A DNA stretch of 64,000 nt from a virus (IMGVR_UViG_3300044729_002129:1-64000); one strand, 5' to 3'; positions 48,226 to 58,904 are shown, counted from the stretch's first letter. A program made the numbers and translations. The notes: generated from the sequence alone by a model not told the origin.

Positions 48226-49229
48226 AATTTATTTATCCAATTTTTAATTTTTTCTGATTCTTCGTCAAAATTAATTTTTTCTTTTGTATATTTTAATCCT
48301 GATTCACATTTATTTTTATAAACATCGTCCTTACTCCATTCTCTAATTATCTCAATATTTTCTTCAAATGATCGTAAATTTGGATCTATATCTATGCAAT
48401 TTACACCATCTTTTAAATACTCCAAAGCTAATGTATTATATATTCTACAATATTGTTTATTAACAATCAATGGTTTTCCACAAAATAAAGCTTGTCTACC
48501 TGTATATCCACAACATCCAAGAAACTTTGTATGCCAAAAAAACATTGAATTCTGAATATTTTTAGGAAAATCGTGCCAGTATGAATTTTTATATTCAAAT
48601 TCAAAATCAGTAAGAACAGACTCATACTTTTTCCATATATCATAAATCTCTTGGGATCCCTGATAACCCGTTGGATGTAAATAATTTTTTGAACCTTGTA
48701 TGATTTTATCAGATTTTATATTGGGATCATAAAAAAAACGATCTCCGTGTTCTGGATGATGTCTAATGTAATTTATATCGCTTCCAAATTGTGTTAATAT
48801 ACCCGCAATAACATTTGTTGCAACAGATGGTTGTTCTGTAATATTAGCTATATGTCTAATATAAATAGAATTCGGGTGATAACTTTTATGTAAATTATAA
48901 AAAGGAATTTCGTTTTGCCATATTGTAGATATTATAATGTCAAATTTAATTGATTTAAATTTTTGAAATGAAATTAATCTATGGTAAGAATCGTCAAATA
49001 TATTATGTAGTAAAGTATGATCTTCATATTCAATCGTTTTAACAAATTCATATTGTGTTTTACCATATAATACGTGTTCTGGTAAATGATTTACATGATA
49101 TATATTTTTATCGGTCCACGATTCATCTCCATTAGGCCTATACAATTTATAACCAAACCTTTTTTCAAAAAGTTTATATAAACTATAATATAAATCTAAA
49201 TGGCCCACAAAATCAATAAACACATTCAT
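48222..49229 (-). CDS. GT-B-like glycosyltransferase, paralog of 47185..48225
   Basis: GHLDLYYSL.KLFEKRFG..LYRP.G..W; HTK..GCCGY...CGKPLI; CIDI. Confidence 0.55.
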   Translation of the reverse strand: MNVFIDFVGHLDLYYSLYKLFEKRFGYKLYRPNGDESWTDKNIYHVNHLPEHVLYGKTQYEFVKTIEYEDHTLLHNIFDDSYHRLISFQKFKSIKFDIIISTIWQNEIPFYNLHKSYHPNSIYIRHIANITEQPSVATNVIAGILTQFGSDINYIRHHPEHGDRFFYDPNIKSDKIIQGSKNYLHPTGYQGSQEIYDIWKKYESVLTDFEFEYKNSYWHDFPKNIQNSMFFWHTKFLGCCGYTGRQALFCGKPLIVNKQYCRIYNTLALEYLKDGVNCIDIDPNLRSFEENIEIIREWSKDDVYKNKCESGLKYTKEKINFDEESEKIKNWINKL

Positions 49230-49231
49230 AA

Positions 49232-49699
49232 TTATATTTTTCTTACATGTCTTGCCGGATTTCCATAGGCAAGATAGTTATCTTTTATATTTTTAGTGAC
49301 TACTGATCCTGCTCCTATCATACAATTAGTTCCCAACACAACCCCACACACAATTGTTGAATTAGCACATATACTAGAACCTTTTTTGATTAGTGTTTTT
49401 TTGAATCTATCGGACCAATCACCCAATGCTCTTGGAAAATTATCATTTGTTGTAATTACATTTGGACCTATAAAAACATTATCTTCAATTTCAACTCCGT
49501 CATATATCAAACTATGATTTTGTATTTTACAATTATTTCCGATTTTTACACTTGGTCCGATATATACACCCTCACCAATTGTACAATTTTCACCAATAAT
49601 AGCATTTTTACAAATGTGTGTATATGCCCATATTTTGGTATTTTGACCAATATTAGTTAATTCGGTATCTATTATAGCAGTTGGGTGTATTTTAATCAT
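49232..49699 (-). CDS. hexapeptide-repeat sugar N-acetyltransferase (WbpD/WlbB-like)
   Basis: IHPTAIID, KIW..THI, KIQN...YDGV.IED.VFIGP....TND..PR, GAGSVVTK, GNPAR. Confidence 0.88.
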   Translation of the reverse strand: MIKIHPTAIIDTELTNIGQNTKIWAYTHICKNAIIGENCTIGEGVYIGPSVKIGNNCKIQNHSLIYDGVEIEDNVFIGPNVITTNDNFPRALGDWSDRFKKTLIKKGSSICANSTIVCGVVLGTNCMIGAGSVVTKNIKDNYLAYGNPARHVRKI

Positions 49700-50724
49700 A
49701 AACTATTGAAAAAGTCTTTCCAAAGATACATATTTTGTTCTGCGGAAAATAATTTTTTTCCCAACGATATTTCTTTGATAGACATTTCCTCGTTTAATTT
49801 TCTATCATCAATTAATATTTGTAATTTATTTTTAATATCTGTAACATCGTCTCCATAAAATCCTTCGATTTCATCTAATATATAAGGTACTTCAAATGGA
49901 TATTTTGATACAATTGATTGTGAAAGGTTTTTTCCCATAGAAACTATTGGTATGCCTGTCATCAATGCTTCTACAAAACTTAGTGTATATTGAGCCGGAA
50001 ATGTACCTGTAAAGAAATAACAAGAATTAGTAGATAGTTGTATTAACTGATCTTCATAACTCAATCTACCTCCCCAAAATTTATATTCATGATTCTCCGG
50101 ACCAAAAATTGTAAATGGAAGTTCTTTTGATAGACTTTCTATTAACTCCGATCCACACCAAGATCCTCTTTTTTTAACACTTTGGCCAAATGTTATTACT
50201 TGATCATGTAATATGTTTCTTGGTTTAAAATCACATTCATATTTTAAAAATCGTATAATACCATGTTCACCGGCATAATTTTCAATTTCTCGTTCCATCG
50301 GAGAACAACGTAAAACCTTTAATCCCTCTTTCACATATTTTTGTATACGTAGTTCTGTATCTCCTAAGTTTAGGAATGTTCTTAATACAACAATTTTATT
50401 TTTTATAACTTTCCAGTTAATATCCAACCATTCTAGATTATGCATGACATAAATAATATCATAGTCATCAACAACTTCTTTATTTAAAGTATATGAACAC
50501 TTTTCTAAGGGTATTCCGTTCCTCTTATTAATTTCAAATAATCCGTGAATCTTATGTTCTCTATCTTTATTTGAATCAATCATTAATGGAGGTCTAGTAT
50601 CTACGTGTGGAGATTTAGGATTTATATAACCCCCTATCGATGTAACATCATAACCTAAATCATTTAGTATTCTTAATTCATCGTACTCTAAAACAGCATG
50701 ACATGATAAATATAATATTTTCAT
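49696..50724 (-). CDS. GT-B-like glycosyltransferase
   Basis: SCH..LEYDE; GT.PA.YTLSFVEALMTGIPIV. Confidence 0.65.
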   Translation of the reverse strand: MKILYLSCHAVLEYDELRILNDLGYDVTSIGGYINPKSPHVDTRPPLMIDSNKDREHKIHGLFEINKRNGIPLEKCSYTLNKEVVDDYDIIYVMHNLEWLDINWKVIKNKIVVLRTFLNLGDTELRIQKYVKEGLKVLRCSPMEREIENYAGEHGIIRFLKYECDFKPRNILHDQVITFGQSVKKRGSWCGSELIESLSKELPFTIFGPENHEYKFWGGRLSYEDQLIQLSTNSCYFFTGTFPAQYTLSFVEALMTGIPIVSMGKNLSQSIVSKYPFEVPYILDEIEGFYGDDVTDIKNKLQILIDDRKLNEEMSIKEISLGKKLFSAEQNMYLWKDFFNSL

Positions 50725-50730
50725 AATTTT

Positions 50731-51093
50731 TTAAAAAATCACATCCTCTTCTACTTTTATACCAACCAACATAACGCCGAGTGATCGTGAATCGTTATTG
50801 ACTTCATATGGAAGTTCTAATTTAAACTTAAAGTCAGTTTTGTCAGACATTTTAATTTTTACCACATTTAAACACTCAGTATTCAAGTCAATAGACTTAT
50901 CTTCATATATTAACTTATTTTTAATATTTGACATTATACTGAGTGTAATATAATCAATGTTATTGACAACGCCACTAAATTCTTGTGCGGTCCACATCCA
51001 CTTAGTAAGTCGATCATTTTCAATCGAATAAACTCCATCAATCAATTTAAATTGTTTTTGTGTATTATCCAATGTATTATAACTTATCTTCAT
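50731..51093 (-). CDS. hypothetical beta-rich protein
   Basis: G.Y..E...W.WT...D.R.LGV pattern seen in glycan-associated accessory domains. Confidence 0.5.
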   Translation of the reverse strand: MKISYNTLDNTQKQFKLIDGVYSIENDRLTKWMWTAQEFSGVVNNIDYITLSIMSNIKNKLIYEDKSIDLNTECLNVVKIKMSDKTDFKFKLELPYEVNNDSRSLGVMLVGIKVEEDVIF

Positions 51094-52492
51094 AACATTT
51101 TCTCATTAGTTCATAAGCATGATCCAAATCAGGATATGCCCATTCTTGATCACTAGAATAATTAGTACTAAATGACTCCATCCCACTTACTTTATTTAGT
51201 TTATAATTAACTAGTCCTTTGTAATCTTTACCAAGAAACTCGACAGGAGCACTATAACCAGTTGTTACTACCATGTTTCCATGATGATATGCATCAAATA
51301 TAGTTAAACCAAATCCCTCACCCTTATTCAAACTCACATAACAATCGCAGAAACTATGTAATGACAATATCTCTCTATTAGTTAGGTTATTCAATATCAA
51401 GAAAATATTCTCAGATAGTTTACCAGTCAGTTTTCTGATAGTATCAATACAATATACCAAACTAGTGTCATCATATGTTCTATAATGTAGTTTTAAAACA
51501 AGTTGGGTATCTGGATATGAATCGTTTAATTTATCAAATACTTTCACCAAATCTTCTATACCCTTTCTAAAATTAAGTTCTCCAATACTATAAAAGGTAT
51601 ATTTGTTGGATGGAATAACCTTACCAAAACAATCCTTGATAGTTATATCATCTTTATTAAATCTTGGCTGTGGATGCCATACATGAGGTACAACTTTAAT
51701 GTCAGATTTAACCCCACTATTAATAAAACACTCTTTGTTAAAATAAGATGGTACCCACACCTCCTGAGACAAATTAATCTTATTTACCCAATTAGTTGGT
51801 AGTTTACTTGTTTCCCAAGTACAATATCCAACATATCTACCATCGGTTTTAATATATCTATCCCATATATCGGGTGTGCTATGAACAATAGTCAAATCAA
51901 CATTATCTAACTTTTTGTCAACAACAGATTCGGCCAAAACATCCACGTAGTAATTATTATCATTCTTACTATTGTCAAATTTGAGTGGTTTCCATGATAT
52001 GTTAACCCCCTTCAAAACATAGTCTGCAATATAACCTTTTGCTGCGGATGCGTATCCACAAGTGCCATATTGACCAATATAAAGCAATCCTTTATCATTA
52101 ACGTTAAAGGTAGAGTTTGTAACTTTCAAAACATCCGAGGTTTTGGTATAAAAACTCTTACATGGAAAATTATTGTCAAAGTAAACTATTGCATTATAAA
52201 AACACCCATATGTATCATAATAACTCAACAACTTATTGATCATCAATGTATTGAACTTCTTTTTATCATACGTTGAGTTTATAAAGATCAACAATCCGCT
52301 TTTATAAGACTCAAATATCAATCGTAAAGTCATGTGTGATAAATGATCCAAGTCATCAACCACAAATATGTTTTCTTTATTATATTGTTCTGTTTCTACA
52401 GAGATCTGTTGCTCTGCTAATAAAACAAAAGAATTCCCGTTTTTAACGAGAATTCTTTGCACATTGTCTGATGAATGTTTTGTTACTATCAT
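51077..52492 (-). CDS. GT-B (GT4-like) glycosyltransferase with N-terminal extra domain
   Basis: CGYASAAKGYI, CTWET, VPS.FN, RKG, KGEGFGL, QEWA.PD. Confidence 0.8.
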   Translation of the reverse strand: MIVTKHSSDNVQRILVKNGNSFVLLAEQQISVETEQYNKENIFVVDDLDHLSHMTLRLIFESYKSGLLIFINSTYDKKKFNTLMINKLLSYYDTYGCFYNAIVYFDNNFPCKSFYTKTSDVLKVTNSTFNVNDKGLLYIGQYGTCGYASAAKGYIADYVLKGVNISWKPLKFDNSKNDNNYYVDVLAESVVDKKLDNVDLTIVHSTPDIWDRYIKTDGRYVGYCTWETSKLPTNWVNKINLSQEVWVPSYFNKECFINSGVKSDIKVVPHVWHPQPRFNKDDITIKDCFGKVIPSNKYTFYSIGELNFRKGIEDLVKVFDKLNDSYPDTQLVLKLHYRTYDDTSLVYCIDTIRKLTGKLSENIFLILNNLTNREILSLHSFCDCYVSLNKGEGFGLTIFDAYHHGNMVVTTGYSAPVEFLGKDYKGLVNYKLNKVSGMESFSTNYSSDQEWAYPDLDHAYELMRKCYEDKL

Positions 52493-53442
52493 TTACTTAT
52501 AACTTTTATCAGTTTTGCGATACAAGCCATAAACGTAATTTCTTTGTCTACAACCATCGCACTCTGATAAATACTCTCAGATACTTCTATAATAACATTT
52601 ATTTCTTTACCCGAAGCAAATTCTTCAGCACGATCATACAACTCGGTATATAGTTCTTCAAACATCTTAATACCAGAATCGTTTACCATCTGACGAATCT
52701 CATTAAATGCTTTCGGATTATTTTTACAATTCTTAAGAGAAAGAATTAATTTATTCTTAAGATCCACATTAGCACTCTGAGTAGCAACCAATTTCAAAGT
52801 ACCACTAGTACTGCTTTGTTGTAAAAAGTTGACAATCTTGCGTACATCTGGATACAAGTCTTTTGTAACACTAGCAATATCAGGCATAGTATACTTGATA
52901 TTCTCACTATCCAAAATATTTTTGACATAAACCGCCACATCTTTCATTGCAGGTGGTTCAAGTCTAAACACTTGACTACGACTAATTAGAGGAGCAATAA
53001 TCTTTTCTACATAGTTACAAGTCAGAATAAACCTAGTATTCTTACTATAAGTCTCCATCAAATTACGAAGTGACGCTTGAGAATTGGTTGACATATAATC
53101 AGCCTCATCCAAAATAACCACCTTGAGTTCATGAAAACCCATCGACGAAGCAAATGGCTTAATCTTATCACGAACGAAGTCTACACCAGTGTTATCAGAT
53201 GCATTAACATACATCACATCACAAGGAATATTCTTTGTCAGAATCTTAGCAAGAGTAGTCTTACCAGTACCAGCACTACCATGAAATAATAGATGTGGAA
53301 TGTCATTGCGAGAAATAAAATCCTTCACAATGTCACGCAACTGATCATTACAGATATAGTTCTCAATTACATCTGGACGATACTTTTCAGCCCAGAGTGA
53401 ATGATCACTTTTTTCTACAACTTCTTCTTGAAAGAAACTCAT
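52489..53442 (-). CDS. clamp loader AAA+ subunit (gp44/RFC-like)
   Basis: WAEKYRP, GSAGTGKTT, NASD, ILDEADY, FILTCNY, SR. Confidence 0.92.
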   Translation of the reverse strand: MSFFQEEVVEKSDHSLWAEKYRPDVIENYICNDQLRDIVKDFISRNDIPHLLFHGSAGTGKTTLAKILTKNIPCDVMYVNASDNTGVDFVRDKIKPFASSMGFHELKVVILDEADYMSTNSQASLRNLMETYSKNTRFILTCNYVEKIIAPLISRSQVFRLEPPAMKDVAVYVKNILDSENIKYTMPDIASVTKDLYPDVRKIVNFLQQSSTSGTLKLVATQSANVDLKNKLILSLKNCKNNPKAFNEIRQMVNDSGIKMFEELYTELYDRAEEFASGKEINVIIEVSESIYQSAMVVDKEITFMACIAKLIKVISK

Positions 53443-53448
53443 AATTTA

Positions 53449-54186
53449 TTAAGCTACGTTCTTAATTTCCAACAAATAATAATTGCTATTGAATGATTCG
53501 TTATCAAACTCAACATGAGCAATACCGGAATCACTTACCTTCAATACAGCATTCTCACAATCTGAATTACTTGTCAAGATCTCTTTGAGATACTTGGCAT
53601 TATAATGCAGAGTCTTACCAAGACTATCCTTACCTTCTACAGGCTTGATATCAAGATTAATACGATTGCTATTGGTAGTACTAAATCCAAGAGTCATCTT
53701 GATCTTACCCTTCTTATCCTTAGTCAAGGTTAAAATGTCTACCTCGGTCAAAGCACTCTTAGCCTTTACGAATGTAGAAACAAACTCCTTGGTCAATGCA
53801 ATTTCCAAATTAAAGATAGGCATCTTCTTCAATGTTGGAACTGGAGGAATAACACTTAGATCTGCGGTAACATATTGTACCTCAGTACCTTCACTGGTTA
53901 GTGTAATTGATGTAATCTTATCATTGGTTGTGTTTGTAGTGATTTCTACTTCATCTCCCAATACACCCAACATCTTCTTGAGCTTAGCTGTGTCATTTAC
54001 ACCAAACTCAATGTCTGCTAGTTTAGCAGCATCCTTTAAAGTAACGAATGCCAAGATATTCTTGTCATCGCTGGTTGATGATGTCTTGATTTGATTGTCA
54101 GCAGATACTACTGACCATTTTACGCTTTCGATTAACCCGTTTAGGGAATACTTGTCTGTGAATGAATTAATTAGTTGTTTTTTCAT
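53449..54186 (-). CDS. DNA polymerase sliding clamp (gp45-like)
   Basis: 245 aa alternating beta/alpha pattern; located between polymerase and clamp loader. Confidence 0.7.
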   Translation of the reverse strand: MKKQLINSFTDKYSLNGLIESVKWSVVSADNQIKTSSTSDDKNILAFVTLKDAAKLADIEFGVNDTAKLKKMLGVLGDEVEITTNTTNDKITSITLTSEGTEVQYVTADLSVIPPVPTLKKMPIFNLEIALTKEFVSTFVKAKSALTEVDILTLTKDKKGKIKMTLGFSTTNSNRINLDIKPVEGKDSLGKTLHYNAKYLKEILTSNSDCENAVLKVSDSGIAHVEFDNESFNSNYYLLEIKNVA

Positions 54187-54195
54187 AACTTATCT

Positions 54196-54224
54196 ATAAT
54201 ACTATACCGATTTGTTTTTGTCAA
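54196..54224 (-). promoter_or_regulatory. sigma70-like promoter TTGACA-N17-TATTAT
   Basis: 9 nt upstream of sliding clamp ATG. Confidence 0.7.
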
Positions 54225-54634
54225 ATTGTTTCAAAGAATTCTGATGGAACTTCACTGATATATTTCTGTTTAATACATGGCATCAATCCTGAATCAGATA
54301 TTGTATATAAATCATCTGGAGAAATATAGAAATATTCGATTCTATAGTCTGCATACGCAACACTTCTCATTTGATAGTACACTTTAACACTGGATATGCC
54401 AGTAGTTCTGAACTCAATATAATAAACCTTTGGATCACTTAATCTATATAACTGATTTTTAGGTATATACAAATTGTTCAATTGTATTTCATCCTTGCTA
54501 AATTCAACATATGGTCCTCTTTGGCCAATAACTACACGTTGATATTGTTTAGCAATTAACGTTAAATCTTTTGTATATAAAGGAAACTTTCCACTTGTAG
54601 TTGGAATCTTCAATAAATCTTCGTATTTTTTCAT
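54221..54634 (-). CDS. hypothetical protein
   Basis: RVVIGQRGPYVEF...YYQ...V.YADY. Confidence 0.6.
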   Translation of the reverse strand: MKKYEDLLKIPTTSGKFPLYTKDLTLIAKQYQRVVIGQRGPYVEFSKDEIQLNNLYIPKNQLYRLSDPKVYYIEFRTTGISSVKVYYQMRSVAYADYRIEYFYISPDDLYTISDSGLMPCIKQKYISEVPSEFFETI

Positions 54635-54640
54635 AACAAT

Positions 54641-57301
54641 TTAAAAACTAAAAAACTCGTTTAAGGTAACATCTGACTGACTTGGATATGACCAGTTCAA
54701 AATATTGTAAAAGTCCAATAATTTACCCTTGAGTTCTTGTTCGTACATAGCATTTCTATCTACATACACATTAATGAAGTCCATGATCTTATCTGGATCA
54801 GTACCATCAGCCTTCATAGCAATACACTCACACCCAAACTCATTTTGTTTAAGATATACCCATTTAATCTTTTGTCCATGAAAAATTGGAGGAACAACCT
54901 TATCAAGTTCCCAATGTTTCAATAGATCGTTATAAAACAATGCGGCTTTTGCCTGAGCTGTTGTACCTTTGATATACTTGAACTTATTACGAGTCTTTGG
55001 ATTATAATCAGTCTTTGATTCACCACCACTCTTGAACTTAACACTAGTATTCTTAGCAATTTCAATGACTGGAGAATTCTTCAACTTATCATCCAAGAAC
55101 TTTAGAATATTTTCATCAATGATTTCCTTGGAAGTTTTACGAAGAATATCATCCAAGAATTTCTCCATGAACTTACGAAACTGAATTGGAAATGATGTAC
55201 GAACTACGTCAATACCTTTTACTTCCATTTCATCACACACAATACCACCCTTGTTGATGATAAACTGAGCATATCGTTTCTTAGCCAACCAAAAACCAGT
55301 CTTGGCAATCACTTCTTGTTTTGCATCAAAACGATGTTTCTGAATATTAAACATTCTGTCTGCCATAATATCAAAGGTTTTGTTAACATGAGACTGAGCC
55401 TCACCACAAACCTTTAGAATAGCATCAGTCATTGCTTTTTCATCATTGATATCAATCTCTGGCATCGTCTTTTGAATGATAGGTAAAGCGCTAGCAAAAC
55501 AAGAGTCGGTATCAACATAAATAACATGATCATTATTTTCACTTTCATTTAGTACACGTTTATAGTACTGATTGATTGCTTTATTGGCTGTTTTGATAAT
55601 ATCTTGACCAGTTATGGTAACAGCACTCGCGTTATCCTTATCATAAAATCTAAAGATCGGTAACCCCAATACACCATAGATTGAATTAAGTAGAACCTTT
55701 TGTACTTTTTGACGTTGTTCATAAAACTCATACATTTCCCATTCTTTTACATCCGCATGTTTCTTAGCCAATTTACGCATTTCTTTACGTTCATCGAACC
55801 ACTTCACTAGAATCTCTGGAATAACTCCATCAACATCTTTGTGATATAATACACCATTACTAGCAATACTTAGTCTAGACTCATTAACTAACTTTTTAAA
55901 TTCATCATTACTATACACACTACCACCAATGTGATAATTGGAGATACGATTTTGTGTAAACATCTTTGCATTATATTGATTCAATCGTTGTTCAATATAA
56001 CTATCCAACGGTGTTTGTTTCTGAGTACTATCACTCAGATTGTTATAATCTTCAACCAATTCATCTCGTCTTTCTTTTAGAAATGACTCATCAAAATCAA
56101 TCTTATCAATAACAGCTACTTTAGTCTCTGGACTGATGTTAAGTGAGATGATGATATTCGGATACATTGATGTAAGATCCAAATCAAACACCCAATCATA
56201 ACGGCCAGGAATAGGAGATTTAACATATGCACCTTCAAATCCCTCTTCTCCGTCTTCTTTTTGACTTTCATATTCTTCATTGCCATCGATGGGTTTGTTT
56301 TTAGCTACTTGACCCTTACGACGCAAATACATAAGAATAGCACCCTCAATGAATCGTGAACTCTTTGGGTAACAATCGTATGGTACGTGTCCTTTGTGAC
56401 AAATAGCTCTAGCTAGTTCAATAAATTGTTTCTTCTTTTCTAACGCTACAATAATTTTAACGTCATTCAAGTTATATTCAAGATACTTGTTAATATCTTG
56501 TTTATACAAATCATCAAGACTACCACGATAGGCAATCTTCTCCATACCAACAACTTTCTTACCAATAGCTCCTAAAGCATAACTAGCCTCTTGTTTGATG
56601 TTTAGCTTCTTGTAAAGATCCATATAATCAATATGAGTTACACCAGCAATTACGAGCTTTTTACTCCAATCATTGATATAAGTCACACCAATTGGACTCA
56701 TACGTTTGGCTTGTGATTGACCAATTATGTTCTTCATTCGACGATACAAATAAGGCATATCGAATTGGTCACTATTCCAACCAGTTACAATAGTTGGTTG
56801 GATTTCTTCCCACTTGGTAACAAAGTGAGACAACAAACTTTCTTCATCTGTAAAACTACGAACATCAACGTTGTCTTGAGAAAAATCTTGAAGTTTATTG
56901 TCCCGATCTAAAATAAATGCTGTGTATCTTTCAATGGCACTATCGTATATGGCGATTGCTGTGATTTCTTTATCAGCCGTTTCGACATTCGGAAAGCCAC
57001 CTTCCGAGCTAGTTTCGATATCAAGGTACAAAACTCGGTGCCCAACAGAGAGATCATCGGTGTCTTCATATGCATCTATAAGTATGCGAGTTTCGATGGG
57101 AACATCCGATTCAAATAAAGATGGATCTCTTGGATTGAAGGAATAAACCTTCTCCAATTCATCTCCAAAAATACTCTTATACTTACCACCATTACGCTTT
57201 CTATAAGCATATGGTCTAAACACAAAATTGGTATAACCCTGTTTATCATCCCAAAGATGACAGGTATTTGTTTTTTTATCGAAAAAGATATTCTGATACA
57301 T
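54641..57301 (-). CDS. family B DNA polymerase (gp43-like)
   Basis: DIET, GWN...FD.PY, YN..D, DLTSMYP, K...NSIYG, YVDTDS, KKRY, KGIDVVR. Confidence 0.97.
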   Translation of the reverse strand: MYQNIFFDKKTNTCHLWDDKQGYTNFVFRPYAYRKRNGGKYKSIFGDELEKVYSFNPRDPSLFESDVPIETRILIDAYEDTDDLSVGHRVLYLDIETSSEGGFPNVETADKEITAIAIYDSAIERYTAFILDRDNKLQDFSQDNVDVRSFTDEESLLSHFVTKWEEIQPTIVTGWNSDQFDMPYLYRRMKNIIGQSQAKRMSPIGVTYINDWSKKLVIAGVTHIDYMDLYKKLNIKQEASYALGAIGKKVVGMEKIAYRGSLDDLYKQDINKYLEYNLNDVKIIVALEKKKQFIELARAICHKGHVPYDCYPKSSRFIEGAILMYLRRKGQVAKNKPIDGNEEYESQKEDGEEGFEGAYVKSPIPGRYDWVFDLDLTSMYPNIIISLNISPETKVAVIDKIDFDESFLKERRDELVEDYNNLSDSTQKQTPLDSYIEQRLNQYNAKMFTQNRISNYHIGGSVYSNDEFKKLVNESRLSIASNGVLYHKDVDGVIPEILVKWFDERKEMRKLAKKHADVKEWEMYEFYEQRQKVQKVLLNSIYGVLGLPIFRFYDKDNASAVTITGQDIIKTANKAINQYYKRVLNESENNDHVIYVDTDSCFASALPIIQKTMPEIDINDEKAMTDAILKVCGEAQSHVNKTFDIMADRMFNIQKHRFDAKQEVIAKTGFWLAKKRYAQFIINKGGIVCDEMEVKGIDVVRTSFPIQFRKFMEKFLDDILRKTSKEIIDENILKFLDDKLKNSPVIEIAKNTSVKFKSGGESKTDYNPKTRNKFKYIKGTTAQAKAALFYNDLLKHWELDKVVPPIFHGQKIKWVYLKQNEFGCECIAMKADGTDPDKIMDFINVYVDRNAMYEQELKGKLLDFYNILNWSYPSQSDVTLNEFFSF

Positions 57302-57307
57302 ACCCAG

Positions 57308-57538
57308 TTATCTTACATTCAATTTGCCCATAAGTCCATCATAAACTTGCTGATGTTCGGCTTTAACGTGAACTTTACACTGATTCAACCGATTCATCAA
57401 CTTTTTGTGGTTGATTGATGTGAATAATACAGGTTCTAATTCTATTTCTTTTAATATTGGGGGATTTACTTTATTTATACAAAACCACAACATTGATAAT
57501 TCATCTTCAGTCAAAGATTTTAATTGGTCTATCGTCAT
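57308..57538 (-). CDS. hypothetical protein
   Basis: Start moved to MTIDQL (57538). Confidence 0.55.
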   Translation of the reverse strand: MTIDQLKSLTEDELSMLWFCINKVNPPILKEIELEPVLFTSINHKKLMNRLNQCKVHVKAEHQQVYDGLMGKLNVR

Positions 57539-57566
57539 AACCTCTATATATATGACAAAGAGTTTT

Positions 57567-58178
57567 ATGAAAAATGACGAAGTTAAAAATGTTGTAGAGC
57601 ATTGTCTATCTCCTGTAATAATCAACAGAAATTATATTCAACAGGTAAAAGAAGAATTTACAATGTTATCATATTTCTTACATTCATTCAAACCACACAA
57701 TATACTTGAAATAGGATGTAAAGGTGGAACATTCTATATGTTCAACAAATTCTCCACAGGGAAAAAAGTGGGTGTAGATATTGACGATCAATATCAATTC
57801 AATATGCACCTTTACATGTATAACGAAGATTTTGTTTTTATTAAAGCCAATTCACATTTAGAAGAAACATATCAAAAAGTTAAAAATATATGTGATTCAT
57901 ATGATTTTATATTCATAGATGGAGATCATACATATGATGGTGTAAAACGTGATTTTGAACTATATAAAAGTTTACTGAGTCCCAGAGGTTATATTGGATT
58001 TCATGATATAGATCCAAATCACGTATTTAAACAAGCCGCCAATGTACAAGTAGATCAATTCTGGAAAGAATTAAACTATGGAAGTAAAACTGAGATAATT
58101 TGTCAACGATCTAATGCACATTACTACATGGGATCTGAAAGAGAACACTATGGTGGTATTGGTTTATGGCAACCCTAA
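57567..58178 (+). CDS. class I SAM methyltransferase (Methyltransf_24-like)
   Basis: ILEIG..GGT, VDID, NSH, FIDGDHTY.GV..DF, G.I.FHDI; start at 57552 or 57567. Confidence 0.85.
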   Translation: MKNDEVKNVVEHCLSPVIINRNYIQQVKEEFTMLSYFLHSFKPHNILEIGCKGGTFYMFNKFSTGKKVGVDIDDQYQFNMHLYMYNEDFVFIKANSHLEETYQKVKNICDSYDFIFIDGDHTYDGVKRDFELYKSLLSPRGYIGFHDIDPNHVFKQAANVQVDQFWKELNYGSKTEIICQRSNAHYYMGSEREHYGGIGLWQP

Positions 58179-58904
58179 CTTAACACCAAAAATATTTGAT
58201 TTATAATTAATAAAGATTGTATCCTTTAATTTACGTTCAAGGTTTTCAATCTCTTTGATGTGTACTTGTTTTTCTTCATCTTCCACTTCCTTAACACTAA
58301 ATGAATTGCCAGATGTACTAACTGTACTTTCTCTTGGACTTAATGCTACGTGTGGAGTAATAACCAAATAATCTCCCTCTTTCAAATCCTTCTTCTTTTT
58401 AGACTTGTTATCATAAACGATAGCCTTGCCCTCCACAACATATACATGGGTATACTTTTCACCAGCCTTAATGAATAGTTTAGCCTTATCATACGCAATA
58501 TTTCCTACACCTGTACCAATAGTACTTGATTTGTCTGATTCAGATACCACATACAACTGACCCAACAAAGAAAAGCTAAACGATGCATCTTTTACTTTAA
58601 CTACATGTGGTACACTAGAATCACTAGCATATGTAATAACGTCACCATTAAAATAAACAGCACTACCTTCTGATTGTGTAAAAGCAATACGATGTGGTAC
58701 CATATAACTCACCACACCATTTGTTTCGGTCTTTATACTCAAACCGTTGGTCAATGAAAATGTTATACCTGATACAGCAACCTTATCATTTAACTTATTG
58801 TCAACAACTTCTGATACACCCACACTACCACCGAAATCATATAACATAACGTTATTTGCAAGAAGTGAAAGTGAACTTAATAAAATTAATAATATTTTTT
58901 TCAT
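58164..58904 (-). CDS. secreted FecR-like beta-domain protein
   Basis: Signal peptide MKKILLILLSSLSLLA; T.VYVVEG...V......L..G. Confidence 0.5.
   Translation of the reverse strand: MKKILLILLSSLSLLANNVMLYDFGGSVGVSEVVDNKLNDKVAVSGITFSLTNGLSIKTETNGVVSYMVPHRIAFTQSEGSAVYFNGDVITYASDSSVPHVVKVKDASFSFSLLGQLYVVSESDKSSTIGTGVGNIAYDKAKLFIKAGEKYTHVYVVEGKAIVYDNKSKKKKDLKEGDYLVITPHVALSPRESTVSTSGNSFSVKEVEDEEKQVHIKEIENLERKLKDTIFINYKSNIFGVKLGLP

Noticed and set aside
35689-52492. Bacterial O-antigen/capsule locus or chimeric contig
   Set aside because: No wzx/wzy/wzz; mixed orientations; shares upstream motif and paralogs with flanking phage regions and is coupled to the clamp loader gene
54641-57301. Intein or intron in DNA polymerase (extra segment after SPET) or in thyA
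   Set aside because: Frames are uninterrupted; no C/S...HN splice motifs or homing endonuclease domain; inserts are short
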